Positions 1-10,100 of a DNA stretch of 64,000 bases are shown piece by piece. Position 1 is the stretch's first letter, and each line of letters begins with the position of its first letter. Source of the DNA: the human T2T-CHM13v2.0 reference genome, Homo sapiens; the NCBI RefSeq assembly GCF_009914755.1, contig NC_060942.1; one strand, 5' to 3'. The notes below the pieces were generated by a model, which was not told where the DNA came from, did no database searches, and saw nothing but the letters and a program-made list of their open reading frames with translations. A program made the position numbers and the translations under genes.

Positions 1-360
1 GACATTTGGAGCGCTTTCAGGCCTATGTTGGAAAGGGAAATATCTTCCCGTAAGAACTAGGCAGAAGCATTCTCAGAAACTTATTTGAGATGTGTGTATT
101 CAACTAAGAGAATTGAACCACCGTTTTGAAGGAGCAGTTTTGAAACACTCTTTTTCTGGAATCTGCAAGTGGATATTTGGCTAGATTTGAGGATTTCGTT
201 GGAAACGGGATTACATATAAAAAGCAGACAGCAGCAGTCTCAGAAAGTTCTTTTTGATGATTGCATTTAAGTCACAGAATTGAACATTCCCTTTCACAGA
301 GCAGGTTTGAAACACTCTTTTTGTAGTGTGTGTAAGTGGACATTTGGAGCGCTTTCCGGC

Positions 361-377
361 CTAAGGTGAAAAAGGAA
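361..377 (+). other. pJalpha-type (A-box) motif CTAAGGTGAAAAAGGAA in the non-CENP-B monomer (representative)
   Basis: Occupies the position homologous to the CENP-B box in alternate monomers and resembles the pJalpha motif CTAYGGTGRAAAAGGAA. Confidence 0.7.
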
Positions 378-405
378 ATATCTTCCCATAAAAACTAGAC
401 AGAAG

Positions 406-1081
406 CATTCTCAGAAACTTACTCGTGATGTGTGTCCTCAACTAAAGGTGTAGAACCTTTCTTTTCATAGAGAAGTTTTGAAACTCTCTTTTTGTGGAAT
501 CTGCAAGTGGATATTTGGCTAGTTTTTATGATTTCGTTGGAAGCGGGAATTCATACAAATTGCAGACTGCAGCGTTCTGAGAAACATCTTTGTGATGTTT
601 GTATTCAGGACACAGAGTTGAACATTCCCTATCATAGAGCAGGTTGGAATCACTCCTTTTGTAGTATCTGGAAGTGGACATTTGGAGCGCTTTCAGGCCT
701 ATGTTGGAAAAGGAAATATCTTCCCATAACAACTAGACAGAAGCATTCTCAGAAACTTATTTCAGATGTGTGTACTCAACTAAGAGAATTGAACCACCGC
801 TTTGAAGGAGCAGTTTTGAAACACTCTTTTTCTGGAATCTGCAAGTGGATATTTGGCTAGATTTGAGGATTTCGTTGGAAACGGGATTACATATAAAAAG
901 CAGACAGCAGCAGTCTCAGAAAGTTCTTTTTGATGATTGCATTCAAGTCACAGAATTGAACATTCCCTTTCACAGAGCAGGTTTGAAACACTCTTTTTGT
1001 AGTGTGTGTAAGTGGACATTTGGAGCACTTTCCAGCCTAAGGTGAAAAAGGAAATATCTTCCCATAAAAACTAGACAGAAG
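406..1081 (+). repeat. 4-mer HOR variant (A + hybrid C/D dimer 'E', 676 bp)
   Basis: EcoRI 547 to 1223 = 676 bp. E starts like C (ACTCAACTAAGAGAATTGAACCACCG) and ends like D (GGGATTACATATAAAAAGC...GATGATTGC). Also seen at 2442-3117, 4477-5152, 7192-7867, 37456-38131 and 58871-59546. Confidence 0.9.
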
Positions 1082-1207
1082 CATTCTCAGAAACTTACTC
1101 GTGATGTGTGTCCTCAACTAAAGGTGTAGAACCTTTCTTTTCATAGAGAAGTTTTGAAACGCTCTTTTTGTGGAATCTGCAAGTGGATATTTGGCTAGTT
1201 TTGAGGA

Positions 1208-1224
1208 TTTCGTTGGAAGCGGGA
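1208..1224 (+). other. CENP-B box, A-dimer type (TTTCGTTGGAAGCGGGA); representative of one box per ~340 bp across the window
   Basis: Matches the nTTCGnnnnAnnCGGGn core. Successive boxes at 1208, 1546, 1888, 2230 and 2568 are spaced 338/342/342/338 bp, i.e. every second monomer. Confidence 0.95.
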
Positions 1225-1545
1225 ATTCATACAAATTGCAGACTGCAGCGTTCTGAGAAACATCTTTGTGATGTTTGTATTCAGGACACAGAGTTGAAGA
1301 TTCCCTATCATAGAGCAGGTTGGAATCACTCCTTTTGTAGTATCTGGAAGTGGACATTTGGAGCGCTTTCAGGCCTATGTTGAAAAAGGAAATATCTTCC
1401 CATAACAACTAGACACAAGCATTCTCAGAAACTTGTTTGTGATGTGTGCCCTCTACTGACAGAGTTGAACCTTTCTTTTCATAGAGCAGTTTTGAAACAC
1501 TCTTTTTGTAGAATCTGCAAGAGGATATTTGCATAGCTTCGAGGA

Positions 1546-1562
1546 TTTCGTGGGAAACGGGA
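1546..1562 (+). other. CENP-B box, B-dimer type (TTTCGTGGGAAACGGGA)
   Basis: Keeps all 9 essential positions (TTCG....A..CGGG) despite a T>G change at a non-essential position. Confidence 0.9.
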
Positions 1563-1887
1563 TTGTCTTCAGGTAAAATCTAGACAGAAGCATTCTCAGA
1601 AACTTCTTTGGGATGTTTGCATTCAAGTCACAGAGTAGAACATTCCCTTTGGTAGAGCAGGTTTGAAACACTCTTTTTGTAGTATCTGGAAGTGGACATT
1701 TGGAGCGCTTTCAGGCCTATGTTGGTAAGGGAAATATCTTCCCGTAACAACTAGGCAGAAGCATTCTCAGAAACTTATTTGAGATGTGTGTACTCAACTA
1801 AGAGAATTGAACCACCGTTTTGAAGGAGCAGTTTTGAAACACTCTTTTTCTGGAATCTGCAAGAGGATATTTGCCTAGCTTTGAGGA

Positions 1888-1904
1888 TTTCGTTGGAAAC
1901 GGGA
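1888..1904 (+). other. CENP-B box, C-dimer type (TTTCGTTGGAAACGGGA)
   Basis: Core-matching 17-mer followed by TTGTCTTCAGAT. Confidence 0.95.
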
Positions 1905-2229
1905 TTGTCTTCAGATCAAATCTAGACAGAAGCATTCTCAGAAACTTCTTTGGGATGTTTGCATTCAAGTCACAGAGTAGAACATTCCCTTTGGTAGAGC
2001 AGGTTTGAAACACTCTTTTTTTAGTATATGGAAGTGGACATTTGGAGCGCTTTCAGGCCTACGTTGGAAAAGGAAATATCTTCCCATAACAACTAGACAG
2101 AAGCATTCTCAGAAACTAGTTTCTGATGTGTGTCCTCAACTAACACAGTTCTACATTTCTTTAGACAGAACCGTTTTGAAACACTCTTTTTGTGGAATCT
2201 GCAAGTGGCTATTTGGCTAGATTTGAGGA

Positions 2230-2246
2230 TTTCGTTGGAAACGGGA
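2230..2246 (+). other. CENP-B box, D-dimer type (TTTCGTTGGAAACGGGA)
   Basis: Core-matching 17-mer followed by TTACATATAAAAAGC. Confidence 0.95.
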
Positions 2247-5200
2247 TTACATATAAAAAGCAGACAGCAGCATTCTCAGAAAGTTCTTTGTGATGATTGC
2301 ATTCAAGTCACAGAATTGAACATTCCCTTTCACAGAGCAGGTTTGAAACACTCTTTTTGTAGTGTGTGTAAGTGGACATTTGGAGCGCTTTCTGGCCTAA
2401 GGTGAAAAAGGAAATATCTTCCCATAAAAACTAGACAGAAGCATTCTCAGAAACTTACTCGTGATGTGTGTCCTCAACTAAAGGAGTAGAACCTTTCTTT
2501 TCATAGAGAAGTTTTGAAACGCTCTTTTTGTGGAATCTGCAAGTGGATATTTGGCTAGTTTTGAGGATTTCGTTGGAAGCGGGAATTCATACAAATTGCA
2601 GACTGCAGCGTTCTGAGAAACATCTTTGTGATGTTTGTATTCAGGACACAGAGTTGAACATTCCCTATCATAGAGCAGGTTTGAATCACTCCTTTTGTAG
2701 TATCTGGAAGTGGACATTTGGAGCGCTTTCAGACCTATGTTGGAAAGGGAAATATCTTCCCTTAACAACTAGGCAGAAGCATTCTCAGAAACTTATTTGA
2801 GATGTGTGTACTCAACTAAGAGAATTGAACCACCGTTTTGAAGGAGCAGTTTTGAAACACTCTTTTTCTGGAATCTGCAAGTGGATATTTAGCTAGATTT
2901 GAGGATTTCGTTGGAAACGGGATTACATATACAAAGCAGACAGCAGCAGTCTCAGAAAGTTCTTTGTGATGATTGCATTCAAGTCACAGAATTGAACATT
3001 CCCTTTCACAGAGCAGGTTTGAAACACTCTTTTTGTAGTGTGTGTAAGTGGACATTTGGAGCACTTTCCGGCCTAAGGTGAAAAAGGAAATATCTTCCCA
3101 TAAAAACTAGACAGAAGCATTCTCAGAAACTTACTCGTGATGTGTGTCCTCAACTAAAGGTGTAGAACCTTTCTTTTCATAGAGAAGTTTTGAAACGCTC
3201 TTTTTGTGGAATCTGCAAGTGGATATTTGGCTAGTTTTGAGGATTTCGTTGGAAGCGGGAATTCATACAAATTGCAGACTGCAGCGTTCTGAGAAACATC
3301 TTTGTGATGTTTGTATTCAGGACACAGAGTTGAAGATTCCCTATCATAGAGCAGGTTGGAATCACTCCTTTTGTAGTATCTGGAAGTGGACATTTGGAGC
3401 GCTTTCAGGCCTATGTTGAAAAAGGAAATATCTTCCCATAACAACTAGACACAAGCTTTCTCAGAAACTTGTTTGTGATGTGTGCCCTCTACTGACAGAG
3501 TTGAACCTTTCTTTTCATAGAGCAGTTTTGAAACACTCTTTTTGTAGAATCTGCAAGAGGATATTTGCATAGCTTCGAGGATTTCGTGGGAAACGGGATT
3601 GTCTTCAGGTAAAATCTAGACAGAAGCATTCTCAGAAACTTCTTTGGGATGTTTGCATTCAAGTCACAGAGTAGAACATTCCCTTTGGTAGAGCAGGTTT
3701 GAAACACTCTTTTTGTAGTATCTGGAAGTGGACATTTGGAGCGCTTTCAGGCCTATGTTGGAAAGGGAAATATCTTCCCGTAACAACTAGGCAGAAGCAT
3801 TCTCAGAAACTTATTTGAGATGTGTGTACTCAACTAAGAGAATTGAACCACCGTTTTGAAGGAGCAGTTTTGAAACACTCTTTTTCTGGAATCTGCAAGA
3901 GGATATTTGCCTAGCTTTGAGGATTTCGTTGGAAACGGGATTGTCTTCAGATCAAATCTAGACAGAAGCATTCTCAGAAACTTCTTTGGGATGTTTGCAT
4001 TCAAGTCACAGAGTAGAACATTCCCTTTGGTAGAGCAGGTTTGAAACACTCTTTTTTTAGTATATGGAAGTGGACATTTGCAGCGCTTTCAGCCCACGTT
4101 GGAAAAGGAAATATCTTCCCATAACAACTAGACAGAAGCATTCTCAGAAACTAGTTTCTGATGTGTGTCCTCAACTAACACAGTTCTACATTTCTTTAGA
4201 CAGAACAGTTTTGAAACACTCTTTTTGTGGAATCTGCAAGTGGATATTTGGCTAGATTTGAGGATTTCGTTGGAAACGGGATTACATATAAAAAGCAGAC
4301 AGCAGCATTCTCAGAAAGTTCTTTGTGATGATTGCATTCAAGTCACAGAATTGAACATTCCCTTTCACAGAGCAGGTTTGAAACACTCTTTTTGTAGTGT
4401 GTGTAAGTGGACATTTGGAGCGCTTTCTGGCCTAAGGTGAAAAAGGAAATATCTTCCCATAAAAACTAGACAGAAGCATTCTCAGAAACTTACTCGTGAT
4501 GTGTGTCCTCAACTAAAGGAGTAGAACCTTTCTTTTCATAGAGAAGTTTTGAAACGCTCTTTTTGTGGAATCTGCAAGTGGATATTTGGCTAGTTTTGAG
4601 GATTTCGTTGGAAGCGGGAATTCATACAAATTGCAGACTGCAGCGTTCTGAGAAACATCTTTGTGATGTTTGTATTCAGGACACAGAGTTGAACATTCCC
4701 TATCGTAGAGCAGGTTTGAATCACTCCTTTTGTAGTATCTGGAAGTGGACATTTGGAGCGCTTTCAGGCCTTTGTTGGAAAGGGAAATATCTTCCCTTAA
4801 CAACTAGGCAGAAGCATTCTCAGAAACTTATTTGAGATGTGTGTACTCAACTAAGAGAATTGAACCACCGTTTTGAAGGAGCAGTTTTGAAACACTCTTT
4901 TTCTGGAATCTGCAATTGGATATTTAGCTAGATTTGAGGATTTCGTTGGAAACGGGATTACATATACAAAGCAGACAGCAGCAGTCTCAGAAAGTTCTTT
5001 GTGATGATTGCATTCAAGTCACAGAATTGAACATTCCCTTTCACAGAGCAGGTTTGAAACACTCTTTTTGTAGTGTGTGTAAGTGGACATTTCGAGCACT
5101 TTCCGGCCTAAGGTGAAAAAGGAAATATCTTCCCATAAAAACTAGACAGAAGCATTCTCAGAAACTTACTCGTGATGTGTGTCCTCAACTAAAGGTGTAG

Positions 5201-5269
5201 AACCTTTCTTTTCATAGAGAAGTTTTGAAACGCTCTTTTTGTGGAATCTGCAAGTGGATATTTGGCTAG

Positions 5270-5575
5270 CTTTGGGGATTTTGCTGGAAGCGGGAATACA
5301 TATAAAAAGCACACAGCAGCGTTCTGAGAAACTGCTTTCTGATGTTTGCATTCAAGTCAAAAGTTGAACACTCCCTTTCATAGAGCAGTCTTGAAACACC
5401 CCTTTTGTAGTATCTGGAACTGGACATTTGGAGCGCTTTCAGGGCTAAGGTGAAAAAGGAAATATCTTCCCATAAAAACTGGACAGAAGCATTCTCAGAA
5501 ACTTGTTTATGCTGTATCTACTCAACTAACAAAGTTGAACCTTTCTTTTGATAGAGCAGTTTTGAAATGGTCTTT
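5270..5575 (+). repeat. Unique alpha-satellite dimer (337-bp addition) not belonging to the A-B-C-D set
   Basis: GCTTTGGGGATTTTGCTGGAAGCGGGAATACATATAAAAAGCACACAG...AAACTGCTTTCTGATG...AAACTTGTTTATGCTGTATCTACTC... was seen only once. EcoRI interval 4618 to 5631 = 676+337. Confidence 0.9.
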
Positions 5576-7191
5576 TTGTGGAATCTGCAAGTGGATATTT
5601 GGCTAGTTTTGAGGATTTCGTTGGAAGCGGGAATTCATACAAATTGCAGACTGCAGCGTTCTGAGAAACATCTTTGTGATGTTTGTATTCAGGACACAGA
5701 GTTGAACATTCCCTATCATAGAGCAGGTTGGAATCACTCCTTTTGTAGTATCTGGAAGTGGACATTTGGAGCGCTTTCAGGCCTATTTTGGAAAGGGAAA
5801 TATCTTCCCATAACAACTATGCAGAAGCATTCTCAGAAACTTGTTTGTGATGTGTGCCCTCTACTGACAGAGTTGAACCTTTCTTTTCATAGGGCAGTTT
5901 TGAAACACTCTTTTTGTAGAATCTGCAAGAGGATATTTGCATAGCTTTGAGGATTTCGTGGGAAACGGGATTGTCTTCAGGTAAAATCTAGACAGAAGCA
6001 TTCTCAGAAACTTCTTTGGGATGTTTGCATTCAAGTCACAGAGTAGAACATTCCCTTTGGTAGAGCAGGTTTGAAACACCCTTTTTGTAGTATCTGGAAG
6101 TGGACATTTGGAGCGCTTTCAGGCCCATGTTGGAAAGGGAAATATCTTCCCGTAACAACTAGGCAGAAGCATTCTCAGAAACTTATTTGAGATGTGTGTA
6201 CTCAACTAAGAGAATTGAACCACCGTTTTGAAGGAGCAGTTTTGAAACACTCTTTTTCTGGAATCTGCAAGAGTATATTTGCCTAGCCTTGAGGATTTCT
6301 TTGGAAACGGGATTGTCTTCAGATAAAATCTAGACAGAAGCACTCTCAGAAACTTCTTTGGGATGTTTGCATTCAAGTCACAGAGTAGAACATTCCCTTT
6401 GGTAGAGCAGGTTTGAAACACTCTTTTTGTAGTATCTGGAAGTGGACATTTGGAGCGCTTTCAGGCCAATGTTGGAAAGGGAAATATCTTCCCGTAACAA
6501 CTAGGCAGAAGCATTCTCGGAAACTTATTTGAGATGTGTGTACTCAACTAAGAGAATTGAACCACCCTTTTGAAGGAGCAGTTTTGAAACACTCTTTTTC
6601 TGGAATCTGCAAGAGTATATTTGCCTAGCTTTGAGGATTCCGTTGGAAACGGGATTGTCTTCAGATCAAATCTAGACAGAAGCATTCTCAGAAATTTCTT
6701 TGGGATGTTTGCATTCAAGTCACAGAGTAGAACATTCCCTTTGGTAGAGCAGGTTTGAAACACTCTTTTTTTCGTATATGGAAGTGGACATTTGGAGCGC
6801 TTTCAGGCCTACGTTGGAAAAGGAAATATCTTCCCATAACAACTAGACAGAAGCATTCTCAGAAACTTATTTGAGATGTGTGTACTCAACTAAGAGAATT
6901 GAACCACCGTTTTGAAGGAGCAGTTTTGAAACATTCTTTTTCTGGAATCTGCAAGTGGATATTTAGCTAGATTTGAGGATTTCGTTGGAAACGGGATTAC
7001 ATATACAAAGCAGACAGCAGCAGTCTCAGAAAGTTCTTTGTGATGATTGCATTCAAGTCACAGAATTCAACATTCCCTTTCACAGAGCAGGTTTGAAACA
7101 CTCTTTTTGTAGTGTGTGTAAGTGGACATTTGGAGCACTTACCGGCCTAAGGTGAAAAAGGAAATATCTTCCCATAAAAACTAGACAGAAG
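5490..7191 (+). repeat. 10-mer variant (A'-B-C-C-E, 1702 bp)
   Basis: Two consecutive C-type dimers (ORFs 6206 and 6548, 342 bp apart) followed by an E hybrid. Confidence 0.85.
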
Positions 7192-10100
7192 CATTCTCAG
7201 AAACTTACTCGTGATGTGTGTCCTCAACTAAAGGTGTAGAACCTTTCTTTTCATAGAGAAGTTTTGAAACGCTCTTTTTGTGGAATCTGCAAGTGGATAT
7301 TTGGCTATTTTTGAGGATTTCGTTGGAAGCGGGAATTCATACAAATTGCAGACTGCAGCGTTCTGAGAAACATCTTTGTGATGTTTGTATTCAGGACACA
7401 GAGTTGAACATTCCCTATCATAGAGCAGGTTGGAATCACTCCTTTTGTAGTATCTGGAAGTGGACATTTGGAGCGCTTTCAGGCCTCTGTTGGAAAAGGA
7501 AATATCTTCCCATAACAACTAGACAGAAGCATTCTCAGAAACTTATTTCAGATGTGTGTACTCAACTAAGAGAATTGAACCACCGTTTTGAAGGAGCAGT
7601 TTTGAAACACTCTTTTTGTGGAATCTGCAAGTGGCTATTTGGCTAGATTTGAGGATTTCGTTGGAAACGGGATTACATATAAAAAGCAGTCAGCAGCATT
7701 CTCAGATAGTTCTTTGTGATGATTGCATTCAAGTCACAGAATTGAAAATTCCCTTTCACAGAGCAGGTTTGAAACACTCTTTTTGTAGTGTGTGTAAGTG
7801 GACATTTGGAGCACTTTCCGGCCTAAGGTGAAAAAGGAAATATCTTCCCATAAAAACTAGACAGAAGCATTCTCAGAAACTTACTCGTGATGTGTGTCCT
7901 CAACTAAAGGAGTAGAACCTTTCTTTTCATAGAGAAGTTTTGAAACGCTCTTTTTGTGGAATCTGCAAGTGGATATTTGGCTAGTATTGAGGATTTCGTT
8001 GGAAGCGGGAATTCATACAAATTGCAGACTGCAGCGTTCTGAGAAACATCTTTGTGATGTTTGTATTCAGGACACAGAGATGAACATTCCCTATCATAGA
8101 GCAGGTTGGAATCACTCCTTTTGTAGTATCTGGAAGTGGACATTTGGAGCGCTTTCAGGCCTATGTTGAAAAAGGAAATATCTTCCCATAACAACTAGAC
8201 ACAAGCATTCTCAGAAACTTGTTTGTGATGTGTGCCCTCTACTGACAGAGTTGAACCTTTCTTTTCATAGAGCAGTTTTGAAACACTCTTTTTGTAGAAT
8301 CTGCAAGAGGATATTTGCATAGCTTTGAGGATTTCGTGGGAAACGGGATTGTCTTCAGGTAAAATCTAGACAGAAGCATTCTCAGAAACTTCTTTGGGAT
8401 GTTTGCATTCAAGTCACAGAGTAGAACATTCCCTTTGGTAGAGCAGGTTTGAAACCCTCTTTTTGTAGTATCTGGAAGTGGACATTTGGAGCGCTTTCAG
8501 GCCCATGTTGGAAAGGGAAATATCTTCCCGTAACAACTAGGCAGAAGCATTCTCAGAAACTTATTTGAGATGTGTGTACTCAATTAAGAGAATTGAACCA
8601 CCGTTTTAAAGGAGCAGTTTTGAAACACTCTTTTTCTGGAATCTGCAAGAGGATATTTGCCTAGCCTTGAGGATATCGTTGGAAACGGGATTGTCTTCAG
8701 ATAAAATCTAGACGGAAGCATTCTCAGAAACTTCTTTGGGATGTTTGCATTCAAGTCACAGAGTAGAACATTCCCTTTGGTAGAGCAGGTTTGAAACACT
8801 CTTTTTTTAGTATATGGAAGTGGACATTTGGAGCGCTTTCAGGCCTACGTTGGAAAAGGAAATATCTTCCCATAACAACTAGACAGAAGCATTCTCAGAA
8901 ACTAGTTTCTGATGTGTGTCCTCAACTAACACAGTTGAACTTTTCTTTAGACAGAACAGTTTTGAAACACTCTTTTTGTGGAATCTGCAAGTGGATATTT
9001 GGCTAGATTTGAGGATTTCGTTGGAAACGGGATTACATATAAAAAGCAGACAGCAGCATTCTCAGAAAGTTCTTTGTGATGATTGCATTCAAGTCACAGA
9101 ATTGAACATTCCCTTTCACAGAGCAGGTTTGAAACCCTCTTTTTGTAGTGTGTGTAAGTGGACATTTGGAGCACTTTCCGGCCTAAGGTGAAAAAGGAAA
9201 TATCTTCCCATAAAAACTAGACAGAAGCATTCTCAGAAACTTACTCGTGATGTGTGTCCTCAACTAAAGGAGTAGAACCTTTCTTTTCATAGAGAAGTTT
9301 TGAAACGCTCTTTTTGTGGAATCTGCAAGTGGATATTTGGCTAGTTTTGAGGATTTCGTTGGAAGCGGGAATTCATACAAATTGCAGACTGCAGCGTTCT
9401 GAGAATCATCTTTGTGATGTTTGTATTCAGGACACAGAGATGAACATTCCCTATCATAGAGCAGGTTGGAATCACTCCTTTTGTAGTATCTGGAAGTGGA
9501 CATTTGGAGCGCTTTCAGGCCTATGTTGAAAAAGGAAATATCTTCCCATAACAACTAGACACAAGCATTCTCAGAAACTTGTTTGTGATGTGTGCCCTCT
9601 ACTGACAGAGTTGAACCTTTCTTTTCATAGAGCAGTTTTGAAACACTCTTTTTGTAGAATCCGCAAGAGGATATTTGCATAGCTTTGAGGATTTCGTGGG
9701 AAACGGGATTGTCTTCAGGTAAAATCTAGACAGAAGTATTCTCAGAAACTTCTTTGGGATGTTTGCATTCAAGTCACAGAGTAGAACATTCCCTTTGGCA
9801 GAGCAGGTTTGAAACCCTCTTTTTGTAGTATCTGGAAGTGGACATTTGGAGCGCTTTCAGGCCCATGTTGCAAAGGGAAATATCTTCCCGTAACAACTAG
9901 GCAGAAGCATTCTCAGAAACTTATTTGAGATGTGTTTACTCAACTAAGAGAATTGAACCACCGTTTTGAAGGAGCAGTTTTGAAACACTCTTTTTCTGGA
10001 ATCTGCAAGAGGATATTTGCCTAGCCTTGAGGATTTCGTTGGAAACGGGATTGTCTTCAGATAAAATCTAGACAGAAGCATTCTCAGAAACTTCTTTGGG

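Larger units (their letters stand above)
1082..5152 (+). repeat. Two tandem 12-mer HORs (A-B-C-D-A-E; 2036 and 2035 bp)
   Basis: ORF pairs offset by 2036/2035 (1118/3154, 1453/3489, 2478/4513, 2899/4934). Shared private SNVs GTTGAAGATTCC, GCATAGCTTCGAGG and CACAGTTCTACATT. Confidence 0.9.

Noticed and set aside
211-225. TATA-like motif (CATATAAAAAG) in each D/E dimer
   Set aside because: It is an intrinsic part of the monomer next to the CENP-B box; the sequence gives no evidence for promoter function.
5270-5575. Possible transposon or non-satellite insertion
   Set aside because: The segment is collinear alpha-satellite, in register, with no target-site duplication, poly(A) tail or terminal repeats. 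No Alu, L1 or LTR sequence was seen anywhere in the window.
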